A stretch of DNA of 64,000 bases, taken from IMG/VR virus record IMGVR_UViG_3300028840_007457; one strand, 5' to 3'. This stretch comes from an uncultured virus (IMG/VR IMGVR_UViG_3300028840_007457). Taxonomy: Duplodnaviria > Heunggongvirae > Uroviricota > Caudoviricetes. The position numbers and the translations under genes are program-made. This document shows, piece after piece, positions 57,441 to 64,000 of this stretch (its first letter is position 1; the number at the start of each line of letters is the position of its first letter). The notes under the pieces were generated by a model that saw nothing but the letters and a program-made list of their open reading frames with translations, was not told the DNA's origin and made no database searches.

Positions 57441-59459
57441 ATGAAAAAAGCTTACACTGGTCCTGTTTATCCGTTTACTCCTCGGGTAACCTGGTATCCT
57501 AACTCTAATTCTGTTGTGGATTGTCAAGGTGCGGAAATTTACATTGAACAGCTTATGTACCGTTACCCTTATCGTGAAGATTTAGATAAGCTTCACAGTT
57601 TAATTCGACAACAAAACGGTGTAAATGACGGTGTCTGTGTAGAGTTAGCCAGGAAAGCTGAAAACATGATTTTAAAACAAGCGCAAACAAACCCCACAAC
57701 TCTAAGAGAAGTGCTGGAACAAGTAATAGATCCTTCTTATACAGTTGAAGACCAAACAGGCTTAGATTGGAATGCTGAAGACCTGTTAACTGAATTGTCA
57801 GAAGAAGAATTGAGCGCAACAGTTTACTGGGATGGTTTACCTAAACCAGCTTTAAATAGAGACGGTGACTATCCTGAAGTGTCTAAAATATGGTTAGTAA
57901 ATAGTGCTGGTCACGTACTTGAACCCGACCTTTTTGAAATTTATTTGGAAATTGACCGCATAGATCCTTTTAATTCCGGTAGTAATTTCAAAACTCATAA
58001 AGGGAATTTTAATACAATGGGTCGTCGTAGAGTAGCAACTGAAATTAAAGGAATACATTGGTTCTCTGGAGAAAAACCTCTTATTAAAGAGTTGGAGCGG
58101 TGGGGAGATCCAGAAGAGGTTAAAACCGGGAAAGTGTACTGGCACCGTAGACGCCAACAATACTTATTAGTTCCTGGTAATCCTAGCAAAGCTGAAGTGG
58201 CTGGTGGATTGGCTAAAAAAGATAAGTACGGTGATGATGTACCAAAAGATAAAGCTAAACAGAAAAAAGAGTTGGAATTTATAAGTGTCTCTGAGTTAAA
58301 GAAGTGGGCTAAGCAGTATGGTGTTAAAGATTGGTACGTGGATAACGTTTACGGTAAAAGGGTTTACCGAAAAGAATACGACAAAAAGGAAACAACTGCT
58401 TTAACTAAAAGCGAAAAGGGCAAAATTATGATTAGTAGGAAAAAAGACCGTAAGGGTAACTTTAGACGAAGACGACGTAGACTTGCTGGTAGAGGTGATG
58501 CTTTTCTTCGTTACACCGATGAATTTGGTTCTGAAGTGCAACTTGAAATTGATGACGAATTAATTGGTGTATTTAATAACCAGGATGAAGCTATTGAGTT
58601 CATAAAAGAATGGGCCAATGAGAATCATTATTACCCTACTCTTTACTTCAAAGATATTGATGCCACACTTGAAGAAATTGACTATAGATATGCATCTACA
58701 GCTTCACAAATGATTAATTGGAAAAGAGATCCTCACGTAGCTCGCATAATTGAACGCGGAGCTGAGCTGGGGCATGAAGTTGATACTATTGTCAAAGCAG
58801 TAGTAGAACACCTTGGTGATACCACCCTTCACTACAATAAAAAAGAAAGTGACGCCATTTGGAGTGTAGTCAAAGACTACGTCTCCGAATATGATGCTGA
58901 ACGAGAAGCTTACGCAAAGCGTATTGCTAGAAAACGTCACAGAAAAGCTGATTCATTTTCAGATTATTCAGAATTTGATGTGCCATTGTCTTGTCTTTAT
59001 GATTTTTATGATCGTAGACTGTCTAATATTGAAGAAGATATGTGGGTTTTAATTTACAAAGACAATTCAGGGTGGCACGCAGAAAATGAAAGCGGTGACG
59101 AATTTAATGATTTAGCCCCCAAAAACGACACCGAAGCAAACCGTTTAGCTTTTTATTGCAGTAACATGAATTTAGTATCAGCTACGTTTTCCCAAAGCCA
59201 TCATCGTCATCGCACTTCTTGTTGTGGTCGTGGTCGTCCTCATAGAACGGGTAGAAAGTGGGAAAGTTTACCTGAGGGGTGGGACAAAGATAGTTTAGAG
59301 AGCTACTGGAATAGTATGGGTGGTAGCGTTAGTTCTTGTGTTGAAGAACTACAAGGTGATCCAGAGATTACAGATCCGGGGGCATTCTGTGCTAGTTTGG
59401 CAGATCGTGTAGAGGGTAAAAAATGGCGTCATAGACCACGTAAACACCGCAGAAAATAG
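57441..59459 (+). CDS. modular protein with Arg-rich linkers
   Basis: Linkers LKQA, MGRRRVA, RRRRRRLA, RKRHRKA, HRHRT..HRTG. Confidence 0.75.
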   Translation: MKKAYTGPVYPFTPRVTWYPNSNSVVDCQGAEIYIEQLMYRYPYREDLDKLHSLIRQQNGVNDGVCVELARKAENMILKQAQTNPTTLREVLEQVIDPSYTVEDQTGLDWNAEDLLTELSEEELSATVYWDGLPKPALNRDGDYPEVSKIWLVNSAGHVLEPDLFEIYLEIDRIDPFNSGSNFKTHKGNFNTMGRRRVATEIKGIHWFSGEKPLIKELERWGDPEEVKTGKVYWHRRRQQYLLVPGNPSKAEVAGGLAKKDKYGDDVPKDKAKQKKELEFISVSELKKWAKQYGVKDWYVDNVYGKRVYRKEYDKKETTALTKSEKGKIMISRKKDRKGNFRRRRRRLAGRGDAFLRYTDEFGSEVQLEIDDELIGVFNNQDEAIEFIKEWANENHYYPTLYFKDIDATLEEIDYRYASTASQMINWKRDPHVARIIERGAELGHEVDTIVKAVVEHLGDTTLHYNKKESDAIWSVVKDYVSEYDAEREAYAKRIARKRHRKADSFSDYSEFDVPLSCLYDFYDRRLSNIEEDMWVLIYKDNSGWHAENESGDEFNDLAPKNDTEANRLAFYCSNMNLVSATFSQSHHRHRTSCCGRGRPHRTGRKWESLPEGWDKDSLESYWNSMGGSVSSCVEELQGDPEITDPGAFCASLADRVEGKKWRHRPRKHRRK

Positions 59460-59473
59460 AAAGGTTAAAAATC

Positions 59474-59728
59474 ATGACAGCAGAAGTAACCAAGGTAGTA
59501 GATTTAGAAGAAGCTCAAATGGTAGCTTTAGAAGCTGTGTGTACTAAATACAGTATTGATTTAGAAACGGAAAACGGATTTGAAACTAGAATGTTTAATG
59601 GGGTTCCATCTATTAATATTAAAAAAACTGGTGACACCCAAATTACATTTACCATGTTAAACGTACCTGATACCGTAGATGCCCAAAAAGCTTTTCGTCT
59701 GGTTCAAGCCGCTTTTCCCTCAGCATAG
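59474..59728 (+). CDS. hypothetical protein
   Basis: SD AAGG; 84 aa. Confidence 0.65.
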   Translation: MTAEVTKVVDLEEAQMVALEAVCTKYSIDLETENGFETRMFNGVPSINIKKTGDTQITFTMLNVPDTVDAQKAFRLVQAAFPSA

Positions 59729-59744
59729 GAAGGATTAAAGATTC

Positions 59745-61220
59745 ATGTCTATCAATATAGCAGTTCGGGATTTTTTACCATTTTTAGAAAATCCCTCTCA
59801 TTTTTTCGAGCTTGGTAAAGTTTGCCGAGCTGCAATTGCTTCTCCTAAAAAATTATCCCCTGCTTTTAAAGCTTTAGTAAATAAAAGACTTGCTTATTTT
59901 ATTGTTCAAGCAGCTATTAACCCCTCTAAAATAGAAGAATTCAAAAAGCACAAAGGGAAAAATCTATTTGGAGAAACAGTAACAGACCTTTTAAAAAGCT
60001 TCATGAAAGGTCAGGAAGCTGGGGCTCAAAAAGAATATGTAGATCAAGCAGTAAAAGCTGGATCCAAACTCCTCATGGGCTCTTTTGATTTTGTCTACAA
60101 TGCTGCTGTTGAAGTTGTAGATAAATGGATAAGCGTTACTACCGGAGAATCTACAGAAGAGATTTTAGATAGAACCCACGCTTATGATATTATTGACCGT
60201 ATTGCTTATTTTACTGCTCTTAAAGGTGTGCTAGAAAGTGTAGATCCTGATACGTGGGGAAGTCAGAAAACTACCGTTGAAAGAAAATTGGGTAAGGTAA
60301 CTGGTGCTCTGGCTAAATCTATTTGGGAACATGGTTTAAGCAAGAAAAGTAAAAAGAAGCTTAAAAAAGTAGATCCCACAGACGAAGCTAGTAAACTAAA
60401 AGCAGAGCTATTCAAAACAGCAGGTACAGCTGCTAAGCAGACAACCTCCAAAGTACTTAAAGAGCTAGAAAAATTTGCCGCCCAAGTTTTGCAGTACAGT
60501 GCTGAAGAAGATGAGCAAGCAGAACAGAAAGCAGCCAGTGTTAAGAGGAGAGCAGAGTTTTACGACAACGATCCTCAAGTAGAGGAGGCCGTAGTTGAGG
60601 CCATTACTCCCTTTATAGAAAACAAATTAAACCAGTATGAAGATTGGTTTGTTGACAGTGAAGCGGGAGAATATCTCTGGAGTCAGTTTGATCAACTTGT
60701 AGAAAATTGGATTTACGAAATTGCTCAAGTTGTAACATGGGCTGAAACAAGTGGAACAGGAGACGTTAGTTCTTTAGATTATTATGACTATTCCAGAGAA
60801 ATTTCTGGTATACTTTTTAAATTAACGCCCGGATCTGAAAACGAAGAAAATATTTACAACTATCTTAAAGATATTGAAAATGCAGTTTTAGGGCCAGCTT
60901 TTGAAGCTGCTGCTCAAGCGGTAGAAGAAAACAAAAAGTACGAACCTTTGGTAGCGAACAGGAGAAAAGCAATGTTGAGACGACGTAGAAGAAAAGTTGC
61001 TGTACGATATGAGTATGAAGATGTCGAAGATGACATTCGTAGTATAGTTGGTGGTCTTACTCCTATTTTAGATAGACTCCCTGTACTTTTGCGCATGGCC
61101 TACGGCAATAGTAAAAAATTTGAGGGTCCTCAATTAGAGGAGCTTTTAACCATGTTTAGAGAAGCGGACGAAAAAATAGAAGATGCTGTAGAAGTTTTAA
61201 AAATGCTTGCTACCCTATGA
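59745..61220 (+). CDS. modular protein with Arg-rich linkers
   Basis: Linkers ASVKRRA and MLRRRRRKVA (internal AGGAG + ATG 60972). Confidence 0.75.
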   Translation: MSINIAVRDFLPFLENPSHFFELGKVCRAAIASPKKLSPAFKALVNKRLAYFIVQAAINPSKIEEFKKHKGKNLFGETVTDLLKSFMKGQEAGAQKEYVDQAVKAGSKLLMGSFDFVYNAAVEVVDKWISVTTGESTEEILDRTHAYDIIDRIAYFTALKGVLESVDPDTWGSQKTTVERKLGKVTGALAKSIWEHGLSKKSKKKLKKVDPTDEASKLKAELFKTAGTAAKQTTSKVLKELEKFAAQVLQYSAEEDEQAEQKAASVKRRAEFYDNDPQVEEAVVEAITPFIENKLNQYEDWFVDSEAGEYLWSQFDQLVENWIYEIAQVVTWAETSGTGDVSSLDYYDYSREISGILFKLTPGSENEENIYNYLKDIENAVLGPAFEAAAQAVEENKKYEPLVANRRKAMLRRRRRKVAVRYEYEDVEDDIRSIVGGLTPILDRLPVLLRMAYGNSKKFEGPQLEELLTMFREADEKIEDAVEVLKMLATL

Positions 61221-61470
61221 GTCTATTTTGTTAATTAGTAAAGTTACACCAGAGCTTTTGGCTTCTCTTTGTTTGTGGAATGAAAAAGGTTTACCTATTA
61301 CAGACTATCTTATTTGTTTTGATACACTTCAAATGTTGGCTTACGTCATGGAAGAAAATGGAAGTGAACGGAGAGTTCAAATTACCAAATTTCTCTTTCT
61401 TGGAGATAAAAGCCTAGAGTTGTTTCTTCCTGATAGTTTGAGAGACTACAGAGTGGAAAATTTGGAGTAA
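61207..61470 (+). CDS. hypothetical protein
   Basis: Fills an operon gap; start uncertain. Confidence 0.45.
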   Translation: MLPYESILLISKVTPELLASLCLWNEKGLPITDYLICFDTLQMLAYVMEENGSERRVQITKFLFLGDKSLELFLPDSLRDYRVENLE

Positions 61471-61477
61471 GTTAATT

Positions 61478-61714
61478 ATGATAATTGATAACAATAACAT
61501 TAGACTAAAGAAAACTCTTCGTGTGTTAGATAAAAATGGAGAGAGGGTTGAAAATATTGTTTGGTTTAATACTGAAACCCTGGTAGGTAGTACAGTTAAA
61601 AATGGTAAAGAACAAAGGGTAGAAGTAAGCCAGTTTTGTTTTGTAGGTAACCCCATGGATTTAGAACACCTGCTTCCTCCAGAGTTGTATATGCACATTG
61701 TTCCTAGTTATTAA
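61478..61714 (+). CDS. hypothetical protein
   Basis: GGAG upstream; 78 aa. Confidence 0.6.
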   Translation: MIIDNNNIRLKKTLRVLDKNGERVENIVWFNTETLVGSTVKNGKEQRVEVSQFCFVGNPMDLEHLLPPELYMHIVPSY

Positions 61715-61726
61715 AAGGAATTAAGC

Positions 61727-62560
61727 ATGAGACCAAAAAGAAAAGCATACACAAGAGTAGTTAAACCAGGAGAAATAGGTACGCAAACCTTCTCTCCCAG
61801 TCCGGATTTAAAAAAGCTGGTAGACGATTATCTTAAAAAGGTGCAAAAAGAAGTTGATAGTGGTAAAGATGCCAACACAGCTTTCAAAACAAAACCATCT
61901 TTAGATGACCTAACAGGTAATGAATTAATCGAACTTCTTTTCTACAACGAAAAACTAGGTACTGCTCCTATTAAGGAGTTGAACTATCTTGACCTTTTTA
62001 GCATTCTTCAAAGTCTGTTAGAGCAAAAAGTGTGGCAATTGGCTGTTCAGTGGTGGGGCGAGCAAGAAACAAAATTGAAAAAGGATACCACAGAAACAGT
62101 GGTAGAAAGGCCAAAGGCTGCAAGCATGCTAAGGAGACGCCATAGGTTTGCTGTTTTAAATCCTTCCGATGTAGAGCTAAAAGGTATAGAATTTGCAAGT
62201 GGCCAAGAACCAGAAGACAATGACTTCATATCTCTTGTTACTGTTAGATTCGCAGTAAGTGGACAAAGTTTGGCTAGTTTAGCTGGTAAACAAAGACGAG
62301 TGCTTTTCCGTTATCTAAGCAATGCTTCAAAACACCAATTACTTTCTGCTGTGGTGAACAGTAGAGAACTACTGCAAACACTTAAACCTAAAATCAAACG
62401 ATTTGTGAATGAGTATTTTGTTTATGACCTTGATATGGATCCACCTCGTCGTCTAAACATGGAGTGGGCAGAAGAAAGTGACTATCCCTACAGTGCTGAA
62501 GTACACGCAGCAGATGAAACAGTTATTTTTGAAGTTGAACTAGACGTCATGGGAGGATAA
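61727..62560 (+). CDS. two-module protein with Arg leaders
   Basis: MRPKRKA leader; internal MLRRRHRFA. Confidence 0.75.
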   Translation: MRPKRKAYTRVVKPGEIGTQTFSPSPDLKKLVDDYLKKVQKEVDSGKDANTAFKTKPSLDDLTGNELIELLFYNEKLGTAPIKELNYLDLFSILQSLLEQKVWQLAVQWWGEQETKLKKDTTETVVERPKAASMLRRRHRFAVLNPSDVELKGIEFASGQEPEDNDFISLVTVRFAVSGQSLASLAGKQRRVLFRYLSNASKHQLLSAVVNSRELLQTLKPKIKRFVNEYFVYDLDMDPPRRLNMEWAEESDYPYSAEVHAADETVIFEVELDVMGG

Positions 62561-62561
62561 A

Positions 62562-63017
62562 ATGAAAATCAAAGTAGGTAGCAAAACTTACATTAAAAAG
62601 ACTGCCCAGAGTGTAGTCTACGATGATCGTTTTTTCCGTTGGGACGGAATTCTTTTTCATGTGTTTGCTTTGCTCCGCAGCAAAACAGGAGAAAACCTTC
62701 CTGGCCGAGAAGCTGGATTTACAAAAACTATTAAACAAATTCCCAAAGAAATAAAAGGTGATATTGACCCTGAAAAATTGGTAAAGGCTGAGGAAGCTGC
62801 TGCAGCTGGAGAGCTGTGGTACATTAAAATAGGAAGCAAAAAAGAGGGTTTGGGTTGGCTTTGGTCTAGAGACGGATCACAACCTTACCCTTCTGGAGCT
62901 AACAAAGTAATGGCCATTCACGAGGTTTTGACTTTTCTACAACGTTTTAGGTCCAGTAACAAAAGTAGCGGAGCTGAAGCCTACTACATTGAAATAACAA
63001 ATAATTCACAAGGCTAA
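62562..63017 (+). CDS. hypothetical protein with basic leader
   Basis: SD GGAGG; MKIKVGSKTYIKKTA. Confidence 0.7.
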   Translation: MKIKVGSKTYIKKTAQSVVYDDRFFRWDGILFHVFALLRSKTGENLPGREAGFTKTIKQIPKEIKGDIDPEKLVKAEEAAAAGELWYIKIGSKKEGLGWLWSRDGSQPYPSGANKVMAIHEVLTFLQRFRSSNKSSGAEAYYIEITNNSQG

Positions 63018-63022
63018 AACAA

Positions 63023-63277
63023 ATGAGAAAACGAAGACAAGCACTAGGACCAAATATAGCTGACGTTGTAGAGAACTTATTTAACAATTTAGGATTCAGG
63101 CAAGGACTATCTATTTTGCTGGCTCAAATAATGGACACTCCAAGCGCTCAAGATAAATACTATGCACTACTAGCCAAGTTTGGTATTACAGAAAATGATT
63201 TATCTAAAAACGATGACGATTATCTCTATGATGAGGTAGTAAGGCGTGTAACAAACACTAGACATTGGATAGACTAA
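63023..63277 (+). CDS. Arg-leader small protein
   Basis: MRKRRQA. Confidence 0.7.
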   Translation: MRKRRQALGPNIADVVENLFNNLGFRQGLSILLAQIMDTPSAQDKYYALLAKFGITENDLSKNDDDYLYDEVVRRVTNTRHWID

Positions 63278-63278
63278 C

Positions 63279-64000
63279 ATGGCTATCGCAATTGAAGGGA
63301 CAATCAGGAAAATGAAAAATCGCAGGCACTTAGCAAGCCAACGCCGAGAAGCCCAGCTGCAACAGCTGCTACAGCAGTTTGAAACTGCAAGCGGCAAAAT
63401 CGTTAAAACGCTCACAGATGCTTACAAAGCAACCATGGGTAAGCAGTTCGATCAGAGCAACAAAATCCTCCATAAACTAGACGGAGTTGTTGAAGACAAA
63501 ATTCTAGATTCGTTTTTAGAATTGAATGATACCATGGCTGGTGTTGTAGGATTAGAAGCCACAGCTAGTGTAAGGCGACGTAAAAAAGTAGCCATTACTT
63601 CTGAAGATGAAGTAGCTTATATTTGGGTAAACTACTTAGAAGAACCTACTCAGCTTTATATTACTCCTTTGGAACATCATTCTAAAGACCGTGTACTGGA
63701 TGAATTGGCAGAAGTAGTTCAAGAAGATTGGGGTACAGATTTAGAGTACCATGCTGGTTTCGGTGAAGAAGGAGTTAAATCACTTTCCCAGCTCCTAAAA
63801 GGAAAACCTCTTCAAGAAGCTCTAAGACAGTTAGAGTACGCTGACATTGCAGTAATTGACACACCGGTTCCAGCTAATAGATTAAAGGTTTCTGCTCAAG
63901 AACCACGTTGGCACGATGTTGGTAGAGCAGATGCACCAGTAGCTACCATAGATATTTACCAAACAGGATTCTATGACGATCCCGAAAGTGAAGAAGGCGG
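63279..64000 (+). CDS. 3'-truncated modular protein with Arg leaders (not in the ORF track)
   Basis: Open frame from ATG 63279 (or 63312) to the window end: MKNRRHLASQ...ATASVRRRKKVAITSEDE... Confidence 0.75.
   Translation, partial: MAIAIEGTIRKMKNRRHLASQRREAQLQQLLQQFETASGKIVKTLTDAYKATMGKQFDQSNKILHKLDGVVEDKILDSFLELNDTMAGVVGLEATASVRRRKKVAITSEDEVAYIWVNYLEEPTQLYITPLEHHSKDRVLDELAEVVQEDWGTDLEYHAGFGEEGVKSLSQLLKGKPLQEALRQLEYADIAVIDTPVPANRLKVSAQEPRWHDVGRADAPVATIDIYQTGFYDDPESEEG

Noticed and set aside
1..64000. Eukaryotic giant virus (suggested by the histone, AT-hooks and acidic tracts)
   Set aside because: Terminase-portal-protease module, overlapping operons, SD motifs and the SLT enzyme indicate a tailed bacteriophage; the histone looks bacterial-type.
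1..64000. Stop-codon reassignment
   Set aside because: Genes are full length under the standard code, and TAA, TAG and TGA all end genes at tight junctions.
1..64000. tRNA/rRNA genes, integrases, transposases
   Set aside because: None recognised by eye and intergenic gaps are short; tRNAscan-SE was not run.

Overview
This window looks like part of a large (jumbo-type) tailed dsDNA bacteriophage genome. It is AT-rich, gene-dense, almost entirely + strand, uses the standard genetic code and has bacterial Shine-Dalgarno (SD) sites. From 1 to about 16 kb is a DNA metabolism block: RecA/UvsX, macrodomain, SbcD/SbcC, DHH phosphoesterase, DNA methyltransferase, DnaX clamp loader and ATP-dependent ligase. 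Embedded in that block is an apparent chromatin toolkit: a Bd0055-like bacterial histone with a Lys-rich AT-hook tail, an HMGA-like multi-AT-hook protein and two very acidic poly-Asp proteins. A lone minus-strand capsid-like gene and a sigma-region-4-like Zn protein follow. From 18 to 31 kb are fibre/structural genes, a patatin and a nucleotidyltransferase. From 35 to 48 kb are a signal-peptide SLT muralytic enzyme, terminase, portal, a scaffold-like protein and a prohead protease. From 31.8-35.6 kb and 48-64 kb is an array of acidic modules, each preceded by an Arg-rich leader ending in (R/K)-x-A. These occur as free genes or fused in frame, often keeping their own SD+ATG, and may be a capsid cargo loading/processing system. 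All family assignments come from motif recognition and memory; no searches were run.
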